From Myxococcota bacterium (GTDB lineage Bacteria > Myxococcota > JACRCW01), in the NCBI GenBank assembly GCA_040752415.1, contig JBFMGU010000110.1:1-33945 (forward strand): a DNA stretch of 33,945 nucleotides, in the 5' to 3' direction. Positions 1 to 12,300 of this stretch are shown one piece after another. How positions within the stretch are numbered: the stretch's first letter is position 1; each line of letters opens with the position of its first letter. The notes below the pieces were generated by a model. That model ran no database searches, was not told the DNA's origin, and saw only the letters and a program-made list of their open reading frames with translations. A program made the translations under genes and the position numbers.

Positions 1-170
1 AGGGGGAGGGGGAGGGGAAAACCTGCCCGGTCCGTCCACGCTGCCGGCACCGTCCCGAGCGGGGCGGGGGCGTGATCGGATGGGGCGCCGATCCTCATGT
101 CCTCGACGGGCGTTGGTGCTTGCCAGCGGGGGCTTGTCAGGGCGTGCGGTTGGCCCCAAGGTGCCGAGGA

Positions 171-968
171 ATGAAGGGAAATCAGGCCATCGGTGTTTTT
201 GACTCCGGCGTGGGCGGGCTCACCGTCCTCCGCGCCCTCCATGCACGGCTGCCCAAGGAAGGCACCATCTACCTGGGCGACACCGCGCGCGTGCCCTATG
301 GGACCAAGAGCCCGGAGACCATCACCCGCTACGCGCTGGAAATCGGCCGGTTCCTCCGCAGTCACGACGTGAAGGCCATTGTGGTCGCGTGCAGCACCGC
401 CTCCAGCGTGGCCCTGGACGCCCTCCGCGCCGAGCACGACGTCCCCATCCTGGGCGTGGTGGAGGCGGGCGCCAACAAGGCCCTCACGGTCACGCGCGGC
501 GGCAGCGTGGCGGTGGCGGCCACCGAGGCCACGGTCCGTTCCGGCGCGTATGCACGGATGATGTCGCGGCGGCGCGCCGACGTGAAGGTGGTCCAGCGCG
601 CGTGCCCGCTCTTCGTCCCGCTGGCGGAAGAGGGCACGGTGGAGGGGCCGCTGGCGCGCGCCGTGGTGGCGCACCACCTGCTGGATCTCAAGGACAGCGA
701 CGTCGACACGCTGCTGATGGGCTGCACGCACTACCCGCTCCTGCGCCACGCCATCTCGGAAGTTTTGGGTGAGCGCATCACCATCGTCGACGGAGCCGAC
801 GCGGTGGCCGACGAGCTGGCCGCGCTGCTCTCCGAGCGTGGGCTGCTGGGCACCTTGGAGACCCCGCTGCGTCGCTACTACGCCTCCGACGATCCGCGTC
901 GCATGCAGGTCCTGGGTTCCCGCTTCCTGGGCTCCACCGTCGAGCGCGTGGAAGGCGTGGAGCTCTGA
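171..968 (+). CDS. murI: Glutamate racemase
   Basis: IGVFDSGVGGLTV, GDTARVPYG, ACSTAS and GCTHYP motifs with both catalytic Cys; ATG at 171 preferred over the ORF-track start at 72. Confidence 0.96.
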   Translation: MKGNQAIGVFDSGVGGLTVLRALHARLPKEGTIYLGDTARVPYGTKSPETITRYALEIGRFLRSHDVKAIVVACSTASSVALDALRAEHDVPILGVVEAGANKALTVTRGGSVAVAATEATVRSGAYARMMSRRRADVKVVQRACPLFVPLAEEGTVEGPLARAVVAHHLLDLKDSDVDTLLMGCTHYPLLRHAISEVLGERITIVDGADAVADELAALLSERGLLGTLETPLRRYYASDDPRRMQVLGSRFLGSTVERVEGVEL

Positions 969-2318
969 TCACTCCAGGCCACCCGCGGCGCGGACAAACG
1001 CAGCCACGTCGCCGTGCGCCAGCTGCTCCAGCTCCCCGGCGTCAAACCACATCCCCTGGCACCGGCCGCATTTCTCGACGTGGAAGTGCGGCATTCCCCG
1101 CACCACGCCTGGCTGCAGCCTCACCGCGCAGCGCGGGCAGTCGCCCACCACGGAGTCCAGCGTCTCGCCCGGGTGCGGCGTGGCCGCGGGCGTGGCGTCC
1201 AGCACCATCTGGTGCCGCGCACCCAGGATGCGCGCCAGCTCATGCGCGTCCAGCCACACCCCGCGACAATCCACGCACCGATCCAGGATCACGCTCCCCT
1301 GCGTCAGCTCCGGCGCCAGGAGCCCATGACACTTGGTGCACCGACCCTGCCTCCGCGCCGACCCGCTGGGCTGCGTGGGCATGCGCCCCTCGGGCTGTGG
1401 CGTCGTCGTCAATCCCGCCACGAAGGCCGCGAGCTGCGTGTTGGGCGCGCCGTGCAGCATGTCCACCAGCACCTGCTCCAGCGCCCGTCGGGCGTGGTGG
1501 AGGCTGGCCGCGCGCTCGTCGGGCCAGGGGTGGCGCCATTGTTGCGCCAGGTCACCCAGCGCGCGGGGCACGGCGGGCCTGACGTCAGAGGGATGGGGTG
1601 AAGGCTCCCGCGCGCGCTCCAGCGCGAGCAGCGGATTGGGCGCCTCGTAGGGACGCTGGCCGCACAGGATCTCGTAGAACGTGACGGCGACGGAATAGAG
1701 GTCGCTGCGGTCGTCGAGGGGGTGCGAGAGGAGCTGCTCCGGCGACATGTACGCGAGCTTCCCCTTGATCATGCCGGCCTGGGTCAGCCCCTCGTCGCGG
1801 GCGAGCTGTCGCGCCAGGCCAAAGTCCGCCACCCGCACCTCGCCGTGACGACCCACCAGGATGTTCTCCGGGCTCACGTCGCGGTGGACCAGGGAGGCCG
1901 CGGCGCCATCCGGTCCCACCAGCGCGTGGGCCGCCTCCAACGCGCACAGCGACTGGTGAATCACGTACGCGGCCAGCTCCGGCGGAATGGGCATGCCCAG
2001 CGTCTCCCCGCGGGAGAAGACCCGTCGGAGATCCACGCCATCCACGAACTCCATGACCAGGAACGGCCGCCCCTCGTGCACGCCCACGTCGAGGACGCCC
2101 ACCGCGTTGGGATGGCTGAGCCAGGAACCCAGCCGCGCTTCCCGCAGGAACTGCTCCACCTGGCCCGTGCTGTCGACGAGACCGGGGTGGATCCGCTTGA
2201 GCGCCACCACGCGGGAGAACCCGCCCATCCCCATGCGACGCGCCCGCCACACGTCGCCCATGCCGCCGCGCGCGAGGTGTTGCTCCAGCAGGTAGGGGCC
2301 GACGGTGTCGCTTGGCAT
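969..2318 (-). CDS. Hanks-type Ser/Thr protein kinase with two C-terminal zf-TFIIB-like zinc ribbons
   Basis: GGMGDVW, VALKR, HRDVSPEN, DFG, YMSPE and DLYS motifs; C-terminus has CTKC...CVDCRGVWLDAHEL and CPRC...CGRCQGMWFDAGEL. Start MPSDTVGPY at 2318. Confidence 0.92.
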   Translation of the reverse strand: MPSDTVGPYLLEQHLARGGMGDVWRARRMGMGGFSRVVALKRIHPGLVDSTGQVEQFLREARLGSWLSHPNAVGVLDVGVHEGRPFLVMEFVDGVDLRRVFSRGETLGMPIPPELAAYVIHQSLCALEAAHALVGPDGAAASLVHRDVSPENILVGRHGEVRVADFGLARQLARDEGLTQAGMIKGKLAYMSPEQLLSHPLDDRSDLYSVAVTFYEILCGQRPYEAPNPLLALERAREPSPHPSDVRPAVPRALGDLAQQWRHPWPDERAASLHHARRALEQVLVDMLHGAPNTQLAAFVAGLTTTPQPEGRMPTQPSGSARRQGRCTKCHGLLAPELTQGSVILDRCVDCRGVWLDAHELARILGARHQMVLDATPAATPHPGETLDSVVGDCPRCAVRLQPGVVRGMPHFHVEKCGRCQGMWFDAGELEQLAHGDVAAFVRAAGGLE

Positions 2319-2355
2319 GGGGACAGGATGGCGCGTCCCGCAGCGACGGGGAAGC

Positions 2356-3135
2356 TCAGCGCGGACCGGTGGGCTCGGTGCTGCGCGCCATGGGCGGGGG
2401 CTCGGAGAGCGCGGCCTGAGGGGAGGCCAGGGGCAGCTGGACGATCGCCACCGCGCCGCCCGCGTCACCCGGGTGGAACTCCAGACGTCCACCCCAGCGC
2501 GCCGCCACCCGCTTGGCAATGTTGAGCCCCAGGCCCAGGCGCCCCGGTTTGGTGCTGTAGAACGGCGTCATGGCCTTCTGCACCTGCTCCGTCGTCAGGG
2601 GCGGGCCGTTGTCGGTGATCTCCACGGCGGCGTGGCCCTTCTCCCGCTCATAACAACGCACCGTCACCACCCCGCCGCCCAGCGGGCTCAACAGCTCCAG
2701 CGCGTTCTCCAGGAGGCAGCACACCGCCAGCTCCAGCTCATTGGGATCCGCCTGCACCGCCAGCACGGGCGAGCCGGCCACCACCTCCACCTTGCAACCC
2801 GGATCCACCGGGAGCGCGGCCACGACGTTGCGCACGAACTCGGACACGTCGAACGCGGGCTTGGAGGCCAGCGCGTCCACCACGCTGGGCAGCTTGGACG
2901 CCAGCATCTGGCTGGCCAGCTCCGTCTCCTCCTCGATCATCTGGAACAGGCGCGGGACCCGCGGGTCCTCCTCGACGAGGGCGGGGGCCGCGCTCTGCAC
3001 CTTGCGACGCAGGTAGTAGTTCGCGTTGCGGATGGACCCCAGCTTGTTGCGCAGGTCATGGCGGATGACGGAGATGGTCTCCTCCGCGACGAAGAGCTTG
3101 TTCAACGCCTGGAGCCGCGGCGCAAGGTTCAGCAC
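2356..3135 (-). CDS. Histidine kinase core (HisKA + HATPase_c) with no sensor domain
   Basis: H-box IRHDLRNKL, N-box LLENALE, DNG, PFYSTK, GLGLNI; GTG at 3135 lies 6 nt after AGGAG (alternative ATG at 3183). Confidence 0.85.
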   Translation of the reverse strand: MLNLAPRLQALNKLFVAEETISVIRHDLRNKLGSIRNANYYLRRKVQSAAPALVEEDPRVPRLFQMIEEETELASQMLASKLPSVVDALASKPAFDVSEFVRNVVAALPVDPGCKVEVVAGSPVLAVQADPNELELAVCCLLENALELLSPLGGGVVTVRCYEREKGHAAVEITDNGPPLTTEQVQKAMTPFYSTKPGRLGLGLNIAKRVAARWGGRLEFHPGDAGGAVAIVQLPLASPQAALSEPPPMARSTEPTGPR

Positions 3136-3226
3136 GTTCCACTCCTGGACCCGTGAAGGCGTTCGTTCGCGGCCCGCCCCCATCCCGCCGCTTGGCCCTG
3201 GGCTAGACCATTGCCCGGCGGGTGTA

Positions 3227-3242
3227 TGCAAGCCTGGAACCG
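3227..3242 (-). promoter_or_regulatory. Possible sigma-54 -24/-12 promoter for the histidine kinase
   Basis: Minus strand CGGTTCCAGGCTTGCA has GG-N10-GC spacing and TTGCA, but the -24 element is a weak match to TGGCAC. Confidence 0.25.
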
Positions 3243-3347
3243 CCAATCCGTCCAGTTCGGCTCGGTTCTATCGATCGGCGGGGGCTCCAGCGGGAGTCCG
3301 GAACCCCCGGTTCCCATGTTTGCGGACGAGGGGCCTGGGTCGCCGGC

Positions 3348-6300
3348 TCAGCTCTTGAGCGCCAGGCCCAGCCGGGTGCGCAGCTCCGCGTACTGCTCAC
3401 TGACGAGGAACAGCACCAGCTCACGCACGCGGTTCTTGGGCTGCGGCGGGCTCTGCGGATCGGGGACCTTCATGACCTGCAGGGTGATGTCCACGTCATT
3501 GCACGCCACCAACGAGGCACGCACCGCGGTGTGCTCCATCCCCTCGTAGAACATGTCCACGTTGGGGGCTTCCTTGCGGTTGAACTGACCCTTCACCTGC
3601 TTCAGACCCGCCTCCAGGCCTTCCACGCGGATCAGCGCGCGGGCCAGCTTCTCCAGCTCCTTGGGGTCGTTGGCGTACCGCGCGCTGGTGTCCATGATGA
3701 AAAGCGCGGCTTCCAGCGCCAGGCGGAAGCGGTCCGGTCCCAGCACGCGCGGCAGCATGAACTGCGGGCGCATGAACGAGAGGAACCGGCCCCACATGGC
3801 CCACAGCACCTTGGGCGGGTGCTCCTTGAACAGCAGGCTCTGGTTGCCCACCACCATCGTCGTGGGGAAGGCGGGGAGCAGCGTGGGGAGCGCGTCGCCG
3901 CCCTTGAGCGCCCACATGTCAAACGGCGCATTCCCGAACACCGCCTGCACGCCGGCCAGCTGCTTGATGGTGAACGTGAGCTCGTGCTCGACGTCAACCT
4001 TGGCAAACTCCTTCTTCTTGGCCAGGCCATGCTCCTTGACGTCCTTCACCAGGAGCGGCGCGGCCGCCCGCCACAAGAGGCCGCTGACGTGCGCCACCGG
4101 GCCCAGCGCGCGCTCATGCACCAGCAGCGCCTCCCACAACTTCTCCGTCATGGCGCGGCCGTGCCTCTGGGGCAGCTGCGGCGTGTAGAGGTTGTGGATG
4201 TTGGCTTCCTCCTCGGTGACCTCCTTGAGGATGCGCAGGGCCTGCACGGTGCACCAGGTGCGGTCCGGGAGACGACGCGCCAGGTAGAGCCGCGCCAGCG
4301 CATGCAGCGCGTTGGCGGGGGAGGCGGCCTTGGGGAGCACCTCGTTGTAGGCCTGGATGGCCTCGTCCTCACGGCCGGGGCGACGCGCCATGAGGTCCGC
4401 CATGGTCTCCACGCGCTCGATGTTCTCGGGCTCCAGCGCGCTCAGCACCTTGTACGCGTTGATGGCGTTGTCCGGTTCCTTGAGGACCTTGTGGTACAGC
4501 TCGGCCAGGTTCTTCCAGAGCACCGCGCGGATGCGCACCTGGTCCTTGGGCGTGCGCGCAATCATCGCCCGGTAGTTCTCCTCGAGAGCGCGCCACATCT
4601 TGCGCTCGGTGAGGAGCCGCTCCACCGCCTCGAAGCTCTTGACGAACGACGCGTCCAGGTCGAGGGCGGCGTTGAAATACTGCACGGCGCGTGCGTCGTT
4701 GCGGATCTCGTCGCGGTAGACCTCACCGAGCTGGTGGTTGAGACGCACGCGCGTGGTCTCGTCGGGCTCGATGCGGACCAGGTCCTCCAGCGCCTCCACC
4801 GCCTTGGGTCCCTGTTTGGTCTCCCGGTAGAGCGCCAGGAGCGCGGTGAGGATCTCCTTGTCGTCGCGACGGAGCCGGTTGGCCTCCTCGAACGCGTCAA
4901 TGGAGCGGTAGGGGTCGTTGAGCTTGTGCTGGCTCAGCGTGCCGGTCTGGATGAGCAGCGCCACCTTGTCGTCGCCACTGAGGAGCGGGGCCAGGCGGTG
5001 CAGCGCTTCATAGGCTTCTTCATTCTTGCCCGCCTTCTCCTGCACCGCGGCCAGCAGCTGCAGTGACGGGATGTGGTTGGCGTCGAGCTCAAGCGCCTTC
5101 TCCAGGTTGCGCACGGCGCGCTCGGCCTGGCCCACGCGGTCGGAGATGTCGCCGAGCTTGAAGTAGTAGTCGACCACTTCCGCGTCGGTGAGGCTCTCCC
5201 GGTGGTGGATGAGGATGGTCTGGTAGATCTTCTGCGCGTCGTCCCAGCGCTCCGTGCGCATCAACGCCGCGCCCAGGCCCTCCAATGCGGGCAGGTACGT
5301 GGAGTCAATCTCGTAGGCGCGCTGGTAGTTCTTGAGCGCCTTCTGGTCCTTGCCCAGCTTCTCCGTGATGTAGCCCAGCCGGTAGAACTGCTTGCACAGC
5401 TCCTTGGCGTCCTTGGCCGGGTCCAGCTTGCGCACCACGATCTCGAGGAGATCCTCCGCCTTCTCGAAGCGCTCCTTGCGGAACTCGATGTCGGCGAGCG
5501 GCTTGGCGGCGCCGAGGTGATCGGGCGTGATGGCCAGCGCGCGCTCGTAGTAGCGCACCGCACCGTCCAGGTCGCCCGCGCGGTCCTGCACGAAGAGGCC
5601 GGCGGCGGTGAACAGCTCCGTCTTCTGGTCGTTGTCGTTGGTGAACTCCGCTTCCTCGACGAGACGACGCAGGTAGAGGTCATACTCCTTGTTCGCGTAG
5701 TGGATGGCCTTGAGGGCCTGCAGCGAGGGGAGGTGGCCCGGGTCCAGCTTCAGCGCGTTCTCGTAGCAGGTGCGCGCGGCGGGCGTGTCCATCAACATGT
5801 CCGCGTTGATGGTGCCCATGCGGTAGTGCAGCTCCACCGCGTCCGGCCCGCCCTTCAGCAGCTCCGCCTCCTGCGACAGCTTCTCCAGCGCGTTGAACCA
5901 GTTGCCGCTGCGCTCATAGAGCTGACCCAGCGCGTGGATGGCCTTGATGGAATGCGCGTCGAAGCTGAGCGCCTGGAGGTAGACCTCCTCGGCCTTGTCG
6001 GTGCGGTTGAGCTCCTTCCAGTACAGCTCGCCCATCTGCAGGAACAGGTTCAGGCGCTCGTCGGGGTCGCTGACCAGCTCGGCGTGACGCTGCAGCGCGC
6101 TGATGAGGCGGGCGTGCTCCCCGGTCTCCTTGAACAGGCGTTCCAGGTTCTTGATGGCCACCAGGTTGCGCGCGTCCACGTGGAGGATGCGCTCCGTCTG
6201 CTGGATGGCCGCTTGCAGGTTGACGAAGTGCTCCTCGTGGATCGTCGCCACCTTGGACAGCAGGCGGATCTGTTCGTCGGGGTCGGCGCTCAGCTGGATC

Positions 6301-9300
6301 TGGGTCTCATAGACCTGCAGCAGCTCCGGGTAGTGCTCCAGCTGTGTGTACAGGCGCTCCAGGGCTTTGAGGCTGAGGTTGTGGGACGGATCCTCCTCGA
6401 GCACCGCCTTGTACGTGATGATCGCGGCTTCTGGATCCTGCAGCTCCGCTTCCTGGATGCCGCCAATGCGGTAGCGCAGCGCCACGCGCTCCCCGACGTC
6501 AAACGAGAGCTCCATGGCCCGCGCCAGGATGCCAATGAGCGCCTGCCATCGACCTGTCTGTTGGTACAGGCGGGTGAGGGCCTGGATGGCACGGGAGTCC
6601 CGCCCGTCGATCTCGAGCAGGCGCTTGTAGGTGTTGATGGCGTCGGCGGGGTTGAAGAGGCGCTCTTCCTGCACGCCGGCCATCTTCAGGAGGATGCTGC
6701 GACGACCATCCTCGTCCTCGGCCAGGGCGAGCTTGCGCTCGAGGACACGGACCACGTCGGCCCAGCGGTCCTGGCCCTGGTAGAGCTTCTCCAGCGCGTT
6801 GAGCGCGCCCTGGTTCTGCGCGTCGAGGTCGAAGATGAGGTTGAGGTGGTTCTCCGCCTCCTGCGGCTGGCTGAGGTGCTCGGCGCAGAACTCGGCCATC
6901 TTCAGGTACAGCTCGATGGCACGCGGGGTGTCGTCGACGCGGGAGACCGTGTCCTCGAGCACGCCCACGAGCTCCTCGGCGCTGTCGGTGTCCACGGCCA
7001 GGCGCTCCACCATCACGCCCAGCTCGCGGTCCATGGGGTTCTCACGGAACGCGCGACACGCCGCCAGGAAGGCCAGCGCCTTCTCATTGAGCTTCTGCTC
7101 GTACAGCGCGCCGATCTCGCGGAGCAGACGGATCTTCTCGTCGGCGGAGTCGGCGTGGCCCATGCGGGCTTCCTTCAGGGTCACCAGCTTCCGCCACTCC
7201 TCGGCGTGCTCGTAGACGGCGGCCAGCGCCTCATACGCGCGCAGGTGGGCGGGGTAGGCCTGCAGGATGCGCTCATACGCGCTGGACGCGCGCTCCCGTC
7301 GACCCAGCGGCCCCTCCCACAGCTCGGCGAGCTGGAAGAGCAGGTCCACCCGCATCTCCGGCGTGGCGGCAATGCCCACCCTGCGCTCCAGCACGCCGGC
7401 GCATTCCTCGAACGCCTCGTTGGCGTGGAAGATCTCGTAGAGCCGGATGAGGTCCTCGTCGCTGTGCGGCTCGATGTCGAGGACGCGACGGCCCGCCTCG
7501 ATGGCGTCGGCGCGCTTACCCTGGGCACCCAGGACCTCGGCCAGGTCGAACTGCACGGCCTTGATGCCGGCGCTGTCGGTCTGCAGACGACGCATGCGCC
7601 GCAGGATCCCGACGAGGTCCTCCCACTTCTGGCTCTTCTTGTAGATCTTCCGCAGGGCGTCCAACGCGCCCATGTCGCGCGGGTTCAGCTCCAGGATGCG
7701 CGTGTACTTCTGGATGGCCGCGGTGTCGTCGGAGAGGTGGTCGCTGAGGACGCGCGCCAGGCGTGAGGACAGGTCCGCGGTGCGGGCGGGGTCCGTGTCG
7801 CGGGCGAGCTCCTCGTCGTAGAGCGCGCGCAGCTCGTGCCACATGCCCAGCTGGCTGAGCAGCGTCTCCAGGTCCTGGAAGATGGTCTTGTCGGCGGGGA
7901 AGGCCGCGCGCAGCACCTTGACGTGATCCAGCGCCTCCTGCGGCCGGTTCATGGTGCCGGTCAGCAGCTTCACCAGGCGTCGCCGGACCTCCAGCGCGGT
8001 GACCTTGTCGTCGACGAAGAGGCGGTACTGCAGCTCCTGTTGCAGCAGGGCGAACATCTTGTCCCACTGCTTGACCTGCTCATAGAGCGTGATGAGGCAG
8101 GCGCGCGTATCCGCCCGCGTGTTGTCGAGCGCGAACGCCTCCTCCAGTGACTCAATGCCCTCTTCCACGGCGCCAAGGTGCAGACCCAGCGTGGCACCCA
8201 GGACGTGGAGCAGGGGTGCGCGCTCCTCCGGACCATCGGCCACGGCCAGGCGCTTGCGCACCGTGACCTCGACGTCACTCCAGCGCTCCGCGCGCTCATA
8301 CAGGCGCTGCAACGCTTCCAGCGGGACCAGGCGGCCGGGATTCTTCTGCAGCACCAGCTCGTACAGCTCGATGGCGCGGTCGGGAGCGGCCAGGTCGGTC
8401 TCGTGCAGCTTGGCGGCGGCCTCACGCAGCTCCGCAGCCACGGGGGTGCGACCCTCCAGCTCGGCGCTGGAAGCCTCGTCCTCGTAGATCTCGGCCAGCT
8501 CCTCGACGGTGCCCTGCGCGCGCGCGACCTCGAGCAGGTACTCCTGCAGGCTCTTGTCGGTGCGGTCCACCTTGAGCGCGCGACACAAGGCGCCGAACGC
8601 CGGACCGGTGAGGCTCAGCCGCTCGAGGTAGAGCTGGGCGATCTCCATCAGCAGGGAGCGCTCACGTTCGCGGTTGCCGGCCACTTCCGCGTCGGAGACC
8701 AGCTGCTCCAGCACGTCGATGGCGCGCTTCCAGTCCTCGGTGCCCAGGTAGGCGCGCTTGAGGACCTCCGCGGTGGCCTCACGGTGGGACGGACGGGAGC
8801 GCAGCCGGTCCTCGAGGTATGCGCGCGTCACCTGGTGCTCGGGTCGACGCACGAGGATCTGCGAGAGCACGGACAGCGCGTCGTTGGCGCGGTCCAGCTC
8901 GGTGTCCAGGATGGAGGCGGCGCGGTAGCGCGCGTCCAGCTCACGGTCGGGCATGGAAGCCGCGCACAGCTCCGCCTCGCGCATCAGCAGCTCGACGAGA
9001 TCCTGCCAACGTTCCTGTCGCTCGCACGCGGTCTGGAGCTGCCGCAGGACCTCGAGGTCGTTGGGATTGAGCTCCATCAGCCGACGCAGCGTGCCAATGG
9101 CGCTGCCCACGTCCTGCTGGTCTGACTGCAGGCGTGAGACCTCCATGAGGAGCTGCCGCACCACGCGCGCATCCTGCTCCAGCGCCGCACGACGACGGAG
9201 CACATCCGCCAATGCCGCGGACTGACCGAGCGAGCGGTGCAGGCGCTCCAGGCACGCCATGAGGTCCATGCGCACGTCGCGCGCGTCCTGGGTGTCGCCT

Positions 9301-12300
9301 TCCGCCGGTCCCAGGTGATCCAGGGCCAGGCGGTAGTGCTCTACGGCGCGGGCGGGATCCTGCAGCCCCGTCTCCAACAACGTGGCCACCCGACGCCGGT
9401 ACACGAGCGCCAACGGACCCGTGCGCTCCTCCTCGAGCACGTCGAGGTAGAGGCCCACGAGCATGTCGATGTCGCCGGTGACCTGGGCCAGGCGCTCCAC
9501 GTCGGCACGCAGCGAGTCGTCGTCAGCGGTTTCCTTCAGCGCGCGACCCAGCGCGGCGAACGCGAGCTCCGGGGAGCGCAGCGGACCTTCACGCAAGCCC
9601 GCAATCCGACGGTGCAGCGCCTTGCGCTCGCGCTTGTCGTCGGTGGACTCCAGGCGCGACTCGAGCACGCTCACCAGCTTGTGCGCGTCACCCAGGGCCT
9701 CGTAGCGGGGCTCCAGGAGCGCGGCCACGGCGGTGCGAGCGGCCGCGGCGTCGGGACCGGTGCGCAGCGAGAGGTCGGAGTACACGGACTCCAGCGCGGG
9801 GAGCACACGCGGATTGCCCGGTGCGTCGGCGGCGGCCTGGGCCAGCACCTCGGCGGCGCCAATGGAGTCGCCCAGCGCGGTCATCTTGAGCCCGGCGAGA
9901 CGGATGCGGAGATCCGAGGCCTCACCGGGGCTCTGCGCCAGCGCGATCTGCGCCTGCAGGACACCGGCGAGGTCGTGGTAGCGCTCCGCGCGCGTCAGCA
10001 GACGGTCCAACCCGCGCAACGCGTTGCGGTCCGCGGCGTCGAGGAGGAGCACGTCATTGAGCGCGGAGATGGCACCGCTGACGTCACCCATCTGCTCGGC
10101 CACCTGCGCCACCTCGTGGAAGATGGCCTTGGTGCGGACCAGGTCATCCGCGGCGGCGGAGTGACGCGAGAGCTTCTTGAGGACCTCCAGCAGGTCAGGG
10201 GAGGGCCCACGCTCGCGGAGCAGGCGGGCCATGTGCTCCAGCGTCTGCACGTCGTCGGGGTTGGCCACCAACGCGTTGCGCAGGTGACGGATGGCCGCCT
10301 CGGGATCGCGCAGGCGGGTTTCCGAGATCGCCGCCACCCGACGGGAGAGCAGCGCCTGCAGGCGTCCGTCGCGGGCCTGGGTGAGGACATCCTCGTAGAC
10401 AGCGGCCAGCTCCTCGAGACTGTCGGTGGCCTGGGCCAGGCGCTCGGCGCGCTCACGGATGGCGTCGTCACCGGGGGCCTCACGCACGGCGCGACAGATG
10501 GACATGAAGGCCAGCGTGGGCTGACGGGCCAGCTCCTCCTGGACGCGCGCCAGCTCGAAGAGCACCTGCGCCCGACGGTTGGCGTCCGGCTCCCCGACGA
10601 GCTGCGCATCCAGCACCGCGGGCAGGTTGGCCACGTCATTGCGCGCGCGCAGACAGCGCTCCATCACGCGCGCCACGTCGCGGGCGGGCGGGGTGTTGGT
10701 CTGTCGTGCCGCGTCCAGCAACAGCGTCAGCGCGTTGGTGACGTCGGCGCTGGTGGTGTCATCCTCGGCGGCCTTGGTGAGCACCTGGAACGCCGCCACG
10801 GCGCCACCCGGCTGCTCCATCAGCAAGCGACCGAGCCGCGCCCCGAGGAAAGCACGCTGCTTGGGCCGCTGCTCCTTCTGGATGCGCATGGGCAGCACGG
10901 CCGCCAGCGCCGCGGTGTTGCCCGCCCGCACGTAGAGCGCGTCCAACAGCTCCAGCACGTCGTCATCCTGCGGGAATTCCGCGAGGAGCTGACGGTAGAT
11001 CCCCTCCGCGCCGGGCAGATCACCGCGGTCGTCCTGGAGCAGACGGGCGGCCTGCAGCAGCGCCTCGCGACGCTCCTGTGGCGTCGTGGCGGCACCGGCC
11101 TTGGCCTTGAGGACCTCCACCAGCGCGTCGGTCTCGGCTCCTTCACGGTGGAAGGACTCCAACGCCGCCAGCGACGAGGGATCGCCGGGAACCAGCTTCA
11201 GGATCTCGTTGTGGCTGCGGATGGCCAGCGCGCGGTCCTGCAGTTTCTCGACGGCAACACGGGCGATCTCACGCCAACGCTGCGCCGCGGCCATGGGATC
11301 GCGGGCCACCAGTCCCTCGGCCACGTCCTCGAGCACGCCGGCGTACGCGTCATAGGCGCGGGTGAGACCGGCCAGTCGCTCCGCACGGGTCCGGCGCTCC
11401 TCGGTGGGCTCCTCGCGCAGCGCGCGACAGGACGCCATGAACGCCTGTTCCTTCTGCGCCAGCTCCTCCTCGTAGATGCGGCTGACCTCGTCGAGGAGGC
11501 GAGCGCGCTCGGCGCCCGTGGGCGTCATGCCGGCGCGGTGCTCCAGGAGCGCGGCCAGCGGGGCAGGGGCGCGGGACTGCTTGTAGTGGTTGGCCAGCGT
11601 GGTGACGGCGGTGGGGGCGTCGTTGCCCGGCGCGCGCGCCATGCCCTCGAGGATGGCCACCGCCTCGGCGAGCGCCATGTCCGTGGGCTTGCCCTCCAGC
11701 ACCTGGCTGAGCGCGGTGATGGCGCCGAGCGGATCCTCCAGCCGCTCCCGACGGAGACGACCCAGCTTCACCAGGAGCTGACCGCGCTCCGGCTCCTGGA
11801 CGCGACGCGCCAGCTCCTCGAGCGCACTGGCCAGCGGGCCGGCCTCGTCGGCGAGCTCCAGCAGCTCCGCGGTCATGCGCAACGCGGTGATGTCCTCGAT
11901 GTTTGCTTCACGCGCGCGCGCCAACGCGTCGAGCGCGCGGGCCACGTCGTTGACACGGCTCCACAGGTTGGCCGCTTCCCGCAGGCTGGCCGCACGCGCC
12001 TCACCCTGTTGCGACTCCGCGAGCAGCTCCAACGCCTCCGCCAACGCGCGCGGGTCCTGACCCAGACGACGGAGACGCACCACCGCCTGCAACGCCTCCG
12101 CGTCGTGCGGGGCAGAGGCCAGCACGGCCTGGTACGCCGCCAGCGCGCCTTCACGGTCACCGCCGCGCTCACACAACGCGCCCAGCTTCCGACCGTACTC
12201 AATGGCCACCGCACCGGGATGCGCCAGCACCACCGCGCGGTACGCGTCCACGATGCGCTCCGGCTTGGCCGCCAGGCGCGCCACCGCCTCCAGCTCGCGA

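Noticed and set aside
1..98. Possible start of a divergent minus-strand gene, or a G-quadruplex-like G-run at the window edge
   Set aside because: Too short and truncated, with no motif support.
963..974. Convergent murI and kinase stop codons abutting as TGATCA
   Set aside because: Compact convergent packing is ordinary and suggests no extra function.
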